From the NCBI GenBank assembly GCA_044225175.1, contig JBGAJA010000004.1, forward strand, positions 145,631 through 209,630: DNA of 64,000 nt, in the 5' to 3' direction. The position numbers and the translations under genes were made by a program. This DNA is from Candidatus Omnitrophota bacterium. GTDB lineage: Bacteria > Omnitrophota > Gorgyraeia > Zapsychrales > Fredricksoniimonadaceae. Of this stretch, positions 1 through 10,032 are shown piece after piece (position 1 is the first letter of the stretch; the number at the start of each line of letters is the position of its first letter). Below the pieces are notes generated by a model. That model ran no database searches. It was given only the letters and a program-made list of their open reading frames with translations, and was not told the origin of the DNA.

Positions 1-593
1 TCATCTTTCTTAGAATTCTGAGCACCAGTAACTACGCCAGAATCATTTTTGAAGTAGATTAAATCTAATGTTAATGGCTTGTAATCAAAGATTGCCTTGA
101 CACCATCATAACTTGTTCTCTTGGTGAAATCAGCAGCCACACCAGCTAAAGGACCGGTAGCCACGTTATTAGCACCACCATCACCCATAACTAAACCATT
201 ACCATAAGCAAACACTTGACGACCAACACTGACTGTGAGTGGTGAATATAAAAACTCACGTAATGTAGCGTAAGCTAAGTAAAGGTTAACATCGGTATCA
301 TTACTACCTGCAAAGGTTTCTCCACCCCAAGCACGTTCGTTAATCAAACCAACGGTTGTTGACACATTGTCGCTTAAATCAGCATCAATGCGTAAACGGG
401 TTTGAGTAAGAAATGCGCTTTGAGCTGATAAACCAGCAGTTTCAATACCGCTTCCAGATTTTTGACCTAAGTTAAATTCATTACGATTAACATACCAAGA
501 ATCGATGTCGCCAGACACTTTTACGTTCTGGACAGCAGCGAAAGCCGGAGCAGCCATAAGGACAGCAGCGACTAAGACTAATAATTTTTTCAT
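1..593 (-). CDS. Outer-membrane beta-barrel protein (alginate-export-like porin), 3' end outside the window
   Basis: Not in the ORF track. ATG at 593 preceded by GGAG. Reads MKKLLVLVAAVLMAAPAFA-AVQNVKVSGDIDSWYVNR...TQTRLRIDADLSDNVSTTVGLINERAWG...PLTVSVGRQ: signal peptide plus amphipathic beta strands, open to position 1. Confidence 0.75.
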   Translation of the reverse strand, partial: MKKLLVLVAAVLMAAPAFAAVQNVKVSGDIDSWYVNRNEFNLGQKSGSGIETAGLSAQSAFLTQTRLRIDADLSDNVSTTVGLINERAWGGETFAGSNDTDVNLYLAYATLREFLYSPLTVSVGRQVFAYGNGLVMGDGGANNVATGPLAGVAADFTKRTSYDGVKAIFDYKPLTLDLIYFKNDSGVVTGAQNSKKD

Positions 594-784
594 TTGTTTT
601 CTCCAAAAATTTAGTACCAGGTAACTTCTAAAGCACTTGGCACTAGGATTAAACTCTATATATACTAGGTGTCTATTGGCCTAGGAAAATGACAATCATA
701 GACCCCGTTTGATGATTCGACCGTTTCTATATCATCCCTCCTTTCTCAGTCACAATTAAATCACCAGGGTGGAAAAGTGAAACC

Positions 785-813
785 ATTCTGCCATCCTCAA
801 ATTATCATGTCAA
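785..813 (-). promoter_or_regulatory. Sigma70-type promoter of the porin gene
   Basis: TTGACA (813-808), 17-bp spacer, CAGAAT (790-785) on the minus strand. Confidence 0.55.
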
Positions 814-938
814 GGATTTTCAGAAAAATTTTACTAGTTATTTTTTATTAATAGAATTTGAAAAGAATAATGAAAAACGAAAAGAATCTTAAAGGACTAC
901 AAGTTATTATATATCAATAACTTACGATCTTTATGATA

Positions 939-1598
939 TTATTCGGTCATCCCGTGGGTATGTTTAATATCGCGTCCTTCTACAATATAAATGACTTCTT
1001 CTGCAATATTTGTTGATAAATCTGCGATGCGTTCCAAGTTATGAGCAATGCGCATGACCTGTAAACAGCGCGGTATTGCCTCTTTTTGAGTCCTCATGAA
1101 TTCAGTCAAATCTTTAAGAATCTTGTCCCCTGCGTCATCTACTATATTATCCCTCTGGCACACCGCTTGAGCCTGGGCTACATCTTCATTAACAAAGGCA
1201 CTAATACTGTCTTTAAGCATAAGAACGGAGTTTTCAGCCATAATACGCAAATCATCACTGGAACCTGGAATAGGGTTTTTAAGCAAAAGATGGGCACTTT
1301 CGCAGATATTGACTGTATGATCGGCCATACGTTCTAAGTCTTTATTCATCTTAATGATCATAATAACTAAGCGTAAATCACGCGCTACAGGCTCAAATTG
1401 GGCAATAATCTCAACACACATCTTCTCTATAGAGCGATCATAATCATTCACCTTTGGCTCATTGGTGTTCATGACTTCCTCTAATAAGGCGAAATTCTTA
1501 TCCAAAAGCCCCCTAATGCTCTTATTAATCATATCTTCTACTAGAGAAGCATCTTCTAAAAGCTGCTGTTTAACCTCAATGATTTTTTCCTTTAGCAT
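939..1598 (-). CDS. phoU: Phosphate signalling protein PhoU
   Basis: Two PhoU repeats (DLERMADH, LERIADLSTNIAE). Start moved to MLKEK, which follows AAGGA. Last gene of the pst operon. Confidence 0.93.
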   Translation of the reverse strand: MLKEKIIEVKQQLLEDASLVEDMINKSIRGLLDKNFALLEEVMNTNEPKVNDYDRSIEKMCVEIIAQFEPVARDLRLVIMIIKMNKDLERMADHTVNICESAHLLLKNPIPGSSDDLRIMAENSVLMLKDSISAFVNEDVAQAQAVCQRDNIVDDAGDKILKDLTEFMRTQKEAIPRCLQVMRIAHNLERIADLSTNIAEEVIYIVEGRDIKHTHGMTE

Positions 1599-1611
1599 AG
1601 TTCCTTTTCTT

Positions 1612-2376
1612 TTAACCAAATTTGCCGGTTAAATACTCTTCCGTACGTTTATTTTTAGGTACAGTGAACATTTTAGACGTATTATCATATTCAATCAAGT
1701 CTCCCATATATAGGAAGGCCGTGTAGTCTGAAACACGAGCTGCTTGAGCCGTATTATGGGTCACAATGACTAGTGTATACGTTTCCTTTAATTTATTAAT
1801 TAATTCTTCGATCTTTGATGTTGCAATAGGATCCAGAGCCGAACAAGGCTCATCAAACAAAATCACCTGAGGTTTCACAGCCAAAGTTCTAGCAATGCAT
1901 AAGCGCTGCTGCTGACCTCCTGAGAGAGAATAAGCAGATTCATTCAATCGATCTTTAACTTCATCCCACAAAGCAGATTTACGCAAACTATCTTCAACCA
2001 CCTCATTGATATAGTTATTATCCTTGATTCCCTGAATCTTTAGCCCATAGGCAATGTTCTCATAAATACTCTTGGGAAATGGATTAGGCCTTTGAAACAC
2101 CATTCCGATCTCACGCCTCAAATCAGTAACATCAACGGAAGACTCGTAAAGATCTTTGCCTTTATAGAGCATTTTCCCCTGATAATTAAAAGATAAAACC
2201 AGGTCATTCATACGGTTTAAACAACGCAGCAAAGTACTTTTTCCACATCCAGAAGGACCCATTAAAGCTGTCACACTTTTTGGATGAATGTCCATACTGA
2301 TCTTATTTAAAACCTGCTTTTTGCCATAACAGGATGTTAACTCTTGAATTTCGAAAATACCTTTTTTGTCAGACAT
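1612..2376 (-). CDS. pstB: Phosphate ABC transporter ATPase
   Basis: [34 protein letters not shown] and YLTGKFG motifs. True start MSDKK, 2 nt after the pstA stop. Confidence 0.95.
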   Translation of the reverse strand: MSDKKGIFEIQELTSCYGKKQVLNKISMDIHPKSVTALMGPSGCGKSTLLRCLNRMNDLVLSFNYQGKMLYKGKDLYESSVDVTDLRREIGMVFQRPNPFPKSIYENIAYGLKIQGIKDNNYINEVVEDSLRKSALWDEVKDRLNESAYSLSGGQQQRLCIARTLAVKPQVILFDEPCSALDPIATSKIEELINKLKETYTLVIVTHNTAQAARVSDYTAFLYMGDLIEYDNTSKMFTVPKNKRTEEYLTGKFG

Positions 2377-2378
2377 CT

Positions 2379-3266
2379 CTAATACCTTTTTTGATGTTTT
2401 TGGCGTAAGAATACGGCAAGCGCATTCATGCATAAAGTAATGAGCAACAATACCACAATGGCCGCAGCGGCACAAGCGATAAAGCCTTTTTGTGGACGAG
2501 AAACCCAGTTAAAAATTTGAATTGGCATAACAGTAAATGCTTCAAAAAATCCGTGAAAGGACAGATGAAGGTATGGAAATTGACCGTTGAAACTTACTGG
2601 CGAACTAGGCAGGAATGGAATATATGTGAGCGCACCAATCGTAATGAGCGGCGCTGTCTCTCCAATTGCCCGTGACAAAGCCAAAATAATTCCCGTCATA
2701 ATGTTCCCAAAGGCCATAGGAAGCACTTGAAAAAGAACAGTTTGCCATCTAGTTGCCCCCAAAGCATACGATGCTTCACGAATTGAAAAAGGAACTGCTC
2801 GCAAAGCCTCCCTGGTTGATAAAATGATGACCGGCAGAATCAAAAGAGCTAATGTCATACCACCCGCCATTACACTTCGATCCAAATGCATATAGCGAAC
2901 AAAAATTCCTAACCCTAATAAACCATAAATAATAGAAGGAACACCTGCTAAATTGGCAATGTTAATCTCAATAAAATCCGTGAACCAATTCTTTCTAGCA
3001 TACTCTTCAAGATAAATTCCTGAGGCAATTCCAATTGGAACGGCTAAAAGAGCAGTTGTAAACATAACCCATACTGTGCCCACCCAAGAGGATAAAATAC
3101 CTGCTTGTTCTGGCTTTCGAGATGGATAATGTGTCAAAAAATCCCAACTTAAGCGTGGCAAACCATCCGAACACACATCCCATAGTAAAACGGCTAGCAC
3201 GACTAAACCTAACATCGTACAGACAAATCCAACCGCATTAAACCACTTATCCCACATTTTAACCAT
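2379..3266 (-). CDS. pstA: Phosphate ABC transporter permease PstA
   Basis: [35 protein letters not shown]. Confidence 0.93.
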   Translation of the reverse strand: MVKMWDKWFNAVGFVCTMLGLVVLAVLLWDVCSDGLPRLSWDFLTHYPSRKPEQAGILSSWVGTVWVMFTTALLAVPIGIASGIYLEEYARKNWFTDFIEINIANLAGVPSIIYGLLGLGIFVRYMHLDRSVMAGGMTLALLILPVIILSTREALRAVPFSIREASYALGATRWQTVLFQVLPMAFGNIMTGIILALSRAIGETAPLITIGALTYIPFLPSSPVSFNGQFPYLHLSFHGFFEAFTVMPIQIFNWVSRPQKGFIACAAAAIVVLLLITLCMNALAVFLRQKHQKRY

Positions 3267-4156
3267 TACTGGTACACCTCACGAAACTTCTTCTTCAAAT
3301 GAAAACTAATCATGTTTAAAAAGAAAGTGATCACGAATAAAGTCATGCCACAAACGAAGATAGTCTTATATTCCAAGCTGCCATAAGGAGTATCCCCTAA
3401 AGAAATTTGGACAATATAAGCTGTAATTGTCTCAACCGGAACCAGGGGATTTAAAGTCAGTGTAGCCTGTTGACCAGCCGCAATAGCCACAATCATGGTT
3501 TCTCCAACGGCTCGAGAAATAGCTAAAATAATAGCTGCCGTAATTCCTGATAACGCCGCTGGAAAAACAATACTAAAAGCCACTTGAATTTTTCTAGCTC
3601 CTAATGCATAAGCTCCCTCTCTCAAACTCATAGGAACAGCATTCATAGCATCTTCACTTAATGAAGCTACAAGAGGAATGATCATAATTCCCATGACTAA
3701 ACCAGCAGACAAGGCATTAAAGCCAGAAAGGCCAGGAATAAACGATCTTAATAATGGAGTGACAAAAAGTAAGGCAAAATAACCGTAGACCACGGTTGGA
3801 ACTGCAGCAAGAATTTCTAATAATGGTTTAACGGTATTGCGAAGACGTGAGGATGCATATTCACTTAAATAAATAGCACTAATTAAACCAATCGGTACCG
3901 CAACGATTAAAGCAATGACTGTTGTTAAAAATGTTCCACTTAACAATGGCCAAATGCCATAATGCTTTTGGGTGAACATTGGCGTCCATTGGGCATCAAA
4001 GATGAATTTTGTCCAAGGAACTGCTTGAAAAAAGCCAACCGTCTCAGACATCAAAACATAAATAATGCCAGCTGTAGTTAAAACAGATAAGAGGCTGCAT
4101 CCCATCAGCAGCCTCTCAATCATCCATTCTGTAATCTGTCGTGCTTGCTTATTCAT
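3266..4156 (-). CDS. pstC: Phosphate ABC transporter permease PstC
   Basis: [28 protein letters not shown]. Confidence 0.93.
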   Translation of the reverse strand: MNKQARQITEWMIERLLMGCSLLSVLTTAGIIYVLMSETVGFFQAVPWTKFIFDAQWTPMFTQKHYGIWPLLSGTFLTTVIALIVAVPIGLISAIYLSEYASSRLRNTVKPLLEILAAVPTVVYGYFALLFVTPLLRSFIPGLSGFNALSAGLVMGIMIIPLVASLSEDAMNAVPMSLREGAYALGARKIQVAFSIVFPAALSGITAAIILAISRAVGETMIVAIAAGQQATLTLNPLVPVETITAYIVQISLGDTPYGSLEYKTIFVCGMTLFVITFFLNMISFHLKKKFREVYQ

Positions 4157-5088
4157 TAACGAGTATGTGTTGATCCCATGGTTTTTGCTTGAAAACGTTC
4201 CTTAGTCTTTGCCAAATCACCTTCATGCAGCGGAACATACCCTACTTCTTTAGCTAATTCTGAAGCATTTGCCAAGTAAAATTCTACAAATTTTTGGACA
4301 GATGGTTTTTCTGCCAAAGATTTCTTGCTTACGTATATAAACAATGGCCGAGATAAAGGAGAATAAGAACCATCTTGGACAGTTTCAATCGACGGACTAA
4401 CAGGATTTCCTGATTTTCCAACAATTGGAACAATTTTTAACTTATTCATATTCTGTTCATAATAAGCAAGTCCAAAATATCCTAAACCAGCTGTTTCTGA
4501 AGAAACACCTTCAACTAAAACATTATCATCTTCACTTGCCGTATAATCCCCCCGGCTTGCGGAAGTCTTGCCATTAATGACTTCTGTAAAATAGTCAAAT
4601 GTTCCAGAATCAGTCCCAGCCCCAAACAATTTAATTTCTTGATCTGGAAATCCAGCTCGAACCTGACTCCATTTTGTAATCTTACCTTGAGCAGATGGCT
4701 GCCAAATGGTTTTTAATTCATCAACTGTTAAATAATCAACCCAAGTATTCCTAGGGTTAATAACAACAGCTAAACCATCATAAGCTATTTCAAGTTCAAT
4801 GTATTCAATTGCAGATTCTTTACATGCAGTGATTTCTGATGCTTTAATTGGACGAGAGGCATTACTAATATCGGTTTCTCCACGACAAAAACGTTTGAAT
4901 CCTCCACCTGTTCCCGAAATACCAACCATCACCTTATCTGAGGAAACCTTACCAAACTCTTCAGCAACTGCTTCTGTGATTGGAAAAACAGTAGATGATC
5001 CATCTGCTTTAATAATAGCTGCCCAAGCTCCTGAGGAAAGGCTGACACATAGCAAACCCGCCATTGTTAAACTTAAGAAATTTTTCAT
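4156..5088 (-). CDS. pstS: Phosphate-binding protein PstS
   Basis: Signal peptide, [34 protein letters not shown]. Confidence 0.93.
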   Translation of the reverse strand: MKNFLSLTMAGLLCVSLSSGAWAAIIKADGSSTVFPITEAVAEEFGKVSSDKVMVGISGTGGGFKRFCRGETDISNASRPIKASEITACKESAIEYIELEIAYDGLAVVINPRNTWVDYLTVDELKTIWQPSAQGKITKWSQVRAGFPDQEIKLFGAGTDSGTFDYFTEVINGKTSASRGDYTASEDDNVLVEGVSSETAGLGYFGLAYYEQNMNKLKIVPIVGKSGNPVSPSIETVQDGSYSPLSRPLFIYVSKKSLAEKPSVQKFVEFYLANASELAKEVGYVPLHEGDLAKTKERFQAKTMGSTHTR

Positions 5089-5114
5089 TTTCTAACCTTT
5101 CTTTATCTGTTTAT

Positions 5115-6386
5115 TTAAAATTTAAGATTAAGATCTGCTTGAAACACTGACTGTGGATTCTTGACTGCTTTGATACGCTGGTCCCTATAATAATCAAATC
5201 CTAAAGAAACATTCTTGGTTAAACCATACTGTAGTTCCCATTCATTTCCCTTAACATCTGTAGCACCTCCTAGGCGATCTGAATCGGGAAATGCATCAGG
5301 AAAAGCATCTTTTCCTAAATTAGTGTATTGATACTTAAGCTGCCATTGCTTAGGACCTGCAACTTTTTCATCACCAATTTTAACACCAGCAGCCCAACCA
5401 GTATCGTCATCTTCAACAGCATTGGTAATATTCTTAATATAATCACCAAAAATGGCAAAACGTTCAATAGGTAAAATTTCAATTGGCTTCTTAACACCCA
5501 TTTCTACGGTCAATCCCATGGAATCATAATCATACTTCAAAACAGAACCAGCTAAGGTGTTAGATGAAGAGGTTCCATCTAACGTAATTCCTTTAACACC
5601 ATTGAATCCATAATAATTCCCCGCTAATGTTGCATCAAAAATGCCTTCATTAACTTTAAAACCAGCTTGAGTATATATTAGAAAAGGATCTGTGCGATCA
5701 GATTTATTGTTTTCATCAATAACCCATGCGCCTACATTTCCAAATACTGAGACTAAATCATTGAATTTATGATCTAAATGAACTGCCGCACCTGCAGGAT
5801 TAATGTCCGTATCCCACAACATATCGGAAGTCGTCCATAAATAATCTGATTTAACAAATTTACCAGCAATAACCTTACCCCATGTAAAAGGCTGATATTG
5901 TCCATAAGCATAGTCAATACGGACATCCCCTCTACGGAACGAATCATTAAATGTCATATTAGTTGAACGAGCATCATCAGTTGCAGTTCCGGTGCTATCG
6001 ACTTCAGAACTAGATAAACCAGCTCCAACCTTCCATTGGGTGTTAATCTGATTCTCAAGGCCTAAACGAAGTCTTAAACGTCCCCGTGTGCGGCTTTCTG
6101 TATCATTAGAACGTCTTTCATATTGATATCGAACACGCGCATCACCTTTAAGTGTAGTCTTTTTGACCCAATCAGGAACAACTGCTTTTGCAGAGTCTTC
6201 ATTAATAATTTTTGCATCTTCCGCTATTTCTAGCTTTAATTCGCGGGCTTCATGTTTATCCAAAATACCTTTTTCAACCAATTTCTGGATCAAAGAATCC
6301 ACTTGGGTGGAAGCAGCCCAGGAATTAGCTGGAACAACACTAACCATTGCTACAATAATTGATAACAACATACAAAATCTCTTCAT
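5115..6386 (-). CDS. Putative porin, first gene of the pst operon
   Basis: Signal peptide, LIQKLVEKGIL helix, KGDARVRYQ, RGRLRLRLG, C-terminal QADLNLKF beta-signal. Ends 26 bp upstream of pstS. Confidence 0.8.
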   Translation of the reverse strand: MKRFCMLLSIIVAMVSVVPANSWAASTQVDSLIQKLVEKGILDKHEARELKLEIAEDAKIINEDSAKAVVPDWVKKTTLKGDARVRYQYERRSNDTESRTRGRLRLRLGLENQINTQWKVGAGLSSSEVDSTGTATDDARSTNMTFNDSFRRGDVRIDYAYGQYQPFTWGKVIAGKFVKSDYLWTTSDMLWDTDINPAGAAVHLDHKFNDLVSVFGNVGAWVIDENNKSDRTDPFLIYTQAGFKVNEGIFDATLAGNYYGFNGVKGITLDGTSSSNTLAGSVLKYDYDSMGLTVEMGVKKPIEILPIERFAIFGDYIKNITNAVEDDDTGWAAGVKIGDEKVAGPKQWQLKYQYTNLGKDAFPDAFPDSDRLGGATDVKGNEWELQYGLTKNVSLGFDYYRDQRIKAVKNPQSVFQADLNLKF

Positions 6387-6451
6387 GCTTCCTCCTTACA
6401 CTTTGGGGTTAAAAAACTTAAACCTTTTTAGGGTGAATGAAAATCAAAATA

Positions 6452-6494
6452 AGTATAGGTCTCTTATGTTAAGGTTGTGTTAAGACAGGATAAA
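6452..6494 (-). promoter_or_regulatory. Pho-box-like promoter (three 11-bp-periodic half-sites plus -10)
   Basis: Minus strand TTTATC-CTGTC-TTAACA-CAACC-TTAACA, then 9 bp, then TATACT, directly upstream of the pst operon. Confidence 0.75.
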
Positions 6495-6507
6495 ATCTTT
6501 GCGAAGA

Positions 6508-6573
6508 CTAGACCGCTTCACTTTCTAAGGGAAGAACCAAATCCATAAGGAATTGCAGTATGCTTAATGTCAT
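6508..6573 (-). CDS. Putative 21-aa small protein (MTLSILQFLMDLVLPLESEAV)
   Basis: GAGGTG SD 3 nt before the ATG. Preceded by a second Pho-like box and a TAAACT -10. Confidence 0.35.
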   Translation of the reverse strand: MTLSILQFLMDLVLPLESEAV

Positions 6574-6602
6574 ATTCACCTCACTTGTTATTTTCTATAA
6601 CA

Positions 6603-6634
6603 AGTTTAGATGGAATATATTAAGACAGGATAAA
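6603..6634 (-). promoter_or_regulatory. Second Pho-box-like promoter
   Basis: TTTATC-CTGTC-TTAATA, 9 bp, TAAACT. The 15-mer ttaagacaggataaa is identical at 6480-6494 and 6620-6634. Confidence 0.55.
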
Positions 6635-6647
6635 GAAGAAAAGATTA

Positions 6648-7079
6648 TTATGTTAAGAGAAATTTGAGAACATCGTCGCGGGTAATGATGCCTTTAACAA
6701 AGCCATGTTCATCTACGATGGGAATACACCCAAATTTATGACTGACCATGTACTCTACAGCAGGATACAAAGAATCCTCTACTTTAAGGGTAAATATATC
6801 TTTGAACATCACATTCTTTAAGATGAAACTATTAAGAAGGTCTTTATCGTAAAACCACCTGCCATCTTCTAGCTTTCGGGGAGAATGAATTTTAAACAAC
6901 TCTCGTTGCGTGATTAGCCCTACTAGAGCACCACCATCACGAACAACTGGCAAATGTCGTATGTCATACAACTCAAACTTCTCATGAACCTTACTGAAAT
7001 CATCATTTTCGTTGACTGTGATCGCAGGAGAAGCCATAACATCTTTGATTTTTGTTTTCTTTAAGAAATCCATATGCAC
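6648..7079 (-). CDS. CBS domain pair protein
   Basis: IRHLPVV...LVGLITQRE and FGCIPIVD...GIITRDD. Confidence 0.9.
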   Translation of the reverse strand: MHMDFLKKTKIKDVMASPAITVNENDDFSKVHEKFELYDIRHLPVVRDGGALVGLITQRELFKIHSPRKLEDGRWFYDKDLLNSFILKNVMFKDIFTLKVEDSLYPAVEYMVSHKFGCIPIVDEHGFVKGIITRDDVLKFLLT

Positions 7080-7120
7080 AAATTAAACTAAACCCCTCCT
7101 ATATACAAGAAAAAATTCAA

Positions 7121-7558
7121 TTAATTGATTCTTTCCCAATCAGCAATGCCACCTTGTATCAATAAAAAAGAAGGATGAATCTTTAATACCTTAATGTCCT
7201 TCACAGTCTTTAATAAATCGGGTTTTCTGATTAAAAGTTTATTTTGAAGATGCTCACGTTCGTATTCCGCCTGACCCATAGTGACATTAATAAGTGATAA
7301 ATGTTCAGTAAACTTCAAACAAATTTTAGAACGATTGAAAGAATAGTTACGGCTAACCGCATCATCACATACCCCATGCAAATAATTAGCAATAGCTTTT
7401 AAAGGATGGGCATGAGATTTAAAACGAATTAGTTGAGGATGGTTTTTATACCCTTTGGTATCTCCCATCAAAACTTTCTGCGCCAATAATCCTTCCCTCC
7501 ATAAAGCAACTAGGCCCTGAGGATCTAAGTATTGAGGATGTAGCGACCAAAGCCTCAT
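7121..7558 (-). CDS. Pyrimidine-dimer DNA glycosylase family protein
   Basis: MRLWSLHPQYLDPQGLVALWREGLLAQKVL...GYKNHPQL signature. Confidence 0.85.
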   Translation of the reverse strand: MRLWSLHPQYLDPQGLVALWREGLLAQKVLMGDTKGYKNHPQLIRFKSHAHPLKAIANYLHGVCDDAVSRNYSFNRSKICLKFTEHLSLINVTMGQAEYEREHLQNKLLIRKPDLLKTVKDIKVLKIHPSFLLIQGGIADWERIN

Positions 7559-8085
7559 TTTTTGACAGGCGTTTGAACAGTAGATGAAGCATCGCTAACA
7601 TCTAAAACTTTGATCTTAAAGGTCAATTGCTTGCCCGCTAAAGGATGATTAAAATCCAAGACAACTTTATTACCTTTAATTTCTGTCACAACAGCAGGAA
7701 AATTCTCCCCATCTGGAGCTTGGGCTTCCAAAACTGTCCCAATTTTCAAATCTGCATTCTTAGGCATTTGGTCTTTAGAAAATTCTTTTAAGGCCTTGGG
7801 GTCAACTTCTCCGTAAGCATCTTTGGCTTCTACAACAATGACCTTCTCTTCTCCAACCTTCATTCCGTCAATGCCTTTTTCCAAGCCAGGGATAATAGTT
7901 TGATCACCAAATACAAATTCTAAAGGTGTTTTTCCAACGGAAGTTTCCAGCTGTTCATTATTAACCGTTAGAGTGTAATCCATTTTTATCTTCTTGCCTT
8001 TCACAACAACCTCATCTTTAGCAAAAGCAAAGCTTGTTAAACCCATCATCAAAACACCTATAACTAATATACGTAAATATTTCAT
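7555..8085 (-). CDS. Exported FKBP-type (SlyD-like) peptidyl-prolyl isomerase
   Basis: Start MKYLR with signal peptide (AFA). IIPGLEKGIDGMKVGE, AYG, DFNHPLAGKQLTF. Confidence 0.9.
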   Translation of the reverse strand: MKYLRILVIGVLMMGLTSFAFAKDEVVVKGKKIKMDYTLTVNNEQLETSVGKTPLEFVFGDQTIIPGLEKGIDGMKVGEEKVIVVEAKDAYGEVDPKALKEFSKDQMPKNADLKIGTVLEAQAPDGENFPAVVTEIKGNKVVLDFNHPLAGKQLTFKIKVLDVSDASSTVQTPVKK

Positions 8086-8104
8086 ACAACTTCCTTTCTT
8101 TGAG

Positions 8105-9160
8105 TTACTGACAAATTCCTTTAGAGCAATGTTGATCTGAAGGGCAAACATTTCGACAGGTCCCGCAATTATTAGCATCAATTTGGGTATTAGTACAAAT
8201 ATCATCACAGATGTCAAAACGACATTGACAGGCTCCTTTGATGCAGGCCATATTAACCGCACATACATTTCCGCATTCACCGCAATTATAATTATCTGAG
8301 GTAGTATTAATACATTTTTCCCCACAGGCTTTATAACCAGCATCTTCACAAAGACAATCACCCTTAAAACATGTTGAATTTGAAGGACAAACAATCCCAC
8401 AGTTTCCACAATTTTTGCGATCATTCTGCGTATCTACACACGTACCCTGACACGTTTCATGTGGACAAGTACATCTTCCATTGGAACAAATAGCTTGAGA
8501 AGGACAAGAATTGTCGCAACCCCCGCAATTATTTGAATCTGATAAACTGTTGATACACTCTCCATAACAACTGATATTATAATCTGAAGAACAGCACACT
8601 CCCTGAACACAACTTTGATCCTTAGCACATCCACCCTGACAATTTAAACACCCCTTCATCTTATCTGAGGGCCCGCAAATACCATTGCAACAAATATACT
8701 CATCACAACCCTCACCATTAGTCACACACATATCATCTATATCCAAACCCGAGACCTTTCCTCGATCATCAATATCTAATTTCTCTCCCACAACTCCATT
8801 AAAGCCCTTGGAATACAAAACATAAAATTTACCGTTGGCACTTTTTAAATAACCATATTCAGAACGCTGCGAGGACAGCGGATCATATAAGGGCCTGTCA
8901 ATTTTAGGGGTCTTAACTTTTGTAAGATATTGAGAGCCTACCGTACTACTTTTAGGTGGGTATACATGAGGTTGGGAAAATATGTAATAAGACGTTACAG
9001 CGGATTCCATGGTCTTTAATTCTCTAATGACTTGAGTTTGCTTTAAAGAATGGACCATGTGAAATGAACCTATTGCCACAGTTAAGATGGCTATACTGAA
9101 GACTCCCAACAATAATAATAGTTGATTTGAAGTAAATGCAGTTCGACAGGATCGATTCAT
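8105..9160 (-). CDS. Pilin/pseudopilin-like protein with C-terminal Stig1-like Cys-rich repeats
   Basis: N-terminus RTA-FTSNQ plus hydrophobic helix. Pseudopilin-like YDP..EYGY..FYVLYSKG. Four C-x4-D-x2-NCG-x-C-x3-C repeats. Confidence 0.7.
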   Translation of the reverse strand: MNRSCRTAFTSNQLLLLLGVFSIAILTVAIGSFHMVHSLKQTQVIRELKTMESAVTSYYIFSQPHVYPPKSSTVGSQYLTKVKTPKIDRPLYDPLSSQRSEYGYLKSANGKFYVLYSKGFNGVVGEKLDIDDRGKVSGLDIDDMCVTNGEGCDEYICCNGICGPSDKMKGCLNCQGGCAKDQSCVQGVCCSSDYNISCYGECINSLSDSNNCGGCDNSCPSQAICSNGRCTCPHETCQGTCVDTQNDRKNCGNCGIVCPSNSTCFKGDCLCEDAGYKACGEKCINTTSDNYNCGECGNVCAVNMACIKGACQCRFDICDDICTNTQIDANNCGTCRNVCPSDQHCSKGICQ

Positions 9161-9219
9161 GGATAGTATATTACCAACGTTATTGAAGCTTGCAATTGCT
9201 TAGAAAATTATTTTCAACT

Positions 9220-10032
9220 TTAACGCTTAATAAAAAACTTAACAACCCATGCAAAAATAAAACACAGGCCGCAAGCAATGACAATGCTGGCCCCGGAAGA
9301 AACTCCCAAGAAGTAAGAACAATAGACTCCAGCAATACAGCAGGCTACTGTCATAAGAACTGCAATAATCATAAGAGGCACTAAACGATCCGTTAAAAGT
9401 CTAGCAGCAGCGCTTGGCACAACCAAAAGCGCATTAGTCAAAATTGCCCCCGTTGCCTGGATGCCAGTGACTACACTTAAAGACAAGAGAATCAACAACA
9501 AAAGCCTCAAACTATCTACATTAATTCCAATAGTTTGAGCATAATCGCGATCCACACAAAATAATTTTAATTCTTTATGTAGCAATATGAGAGTCGTCAC
9601 AATCACAATTGTAAGAACAATGATTAGTCCTAAATCGCCATTAGTCACTCCAAGAATATTTCCAAAAAGCATCGATGACATGTCGCGATAAGATTTTGTG
9701 GAACTTATGATCAATACCCCAAGGGCAAACATCACCGTTGGGATCATGCCCGTTGCAGTATCTTCATAAATCTTGTCATCCTTAGACAAGAATCCAATTA
9801 ATAATGCCGTCGTAATCACAGCCACAAATGCGCCAAAGAATAAATTCAGACCCAACACAAAAGCAATGACAATACCGGGTAATGCACTATGAGTGAGGGC
9901 ATGTCCAATATTAGACATCCGTCGCAAGACCACATAAACACCAAGCAAAGAGCAACTAATCCCCACTAAGACTGAGGCCAGAAGCGCTCGTTGGATAAAA
10001 CCATATTGCAAAGGTTCTAACAGGCTGTGCAT
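9220..10032 (-). CDS. Zn/Mn ABC transporter permease
   Basis: LGVYVVLRRMS..GHALTHSALPG and LFGNIL (ABC-3 family). Confidence 0.9.
   Translation of the reverse strand: MHSLLEPLQYGFIQRALLASVLVGISCSLLGVYVVLRRMSNIGHALTHSALPGIVIAFVLGLNLFFGAFVAVITTALLIGFLSKDDKIYEDTATGMIPTVMFALGVLIISSTKSYRDMSSMLFGNILGVTNGDLGLIIVLTIVIVTTLILLHKELKLFCVDRDYAQTIGINVDSLRLLLLILLSLSVVTGIQATGAILTNALLVVPSAAARLLTDRLVPLMIIAVLMTVACCIAGVYCSYFLGVSSGASIVIACGLCFIFAWVVKFFIKR

Noticed and set aside
8086-8424. N-terminal extension of the FKBP ORF (likewise the track starts of pstB, cusB, umuC, marC, 22726-23091 and 29156-29638)
   Set aside because: The extensions overlap neighbouring genes or promoters. Downstream ATGs have SDs and match family N-termini.
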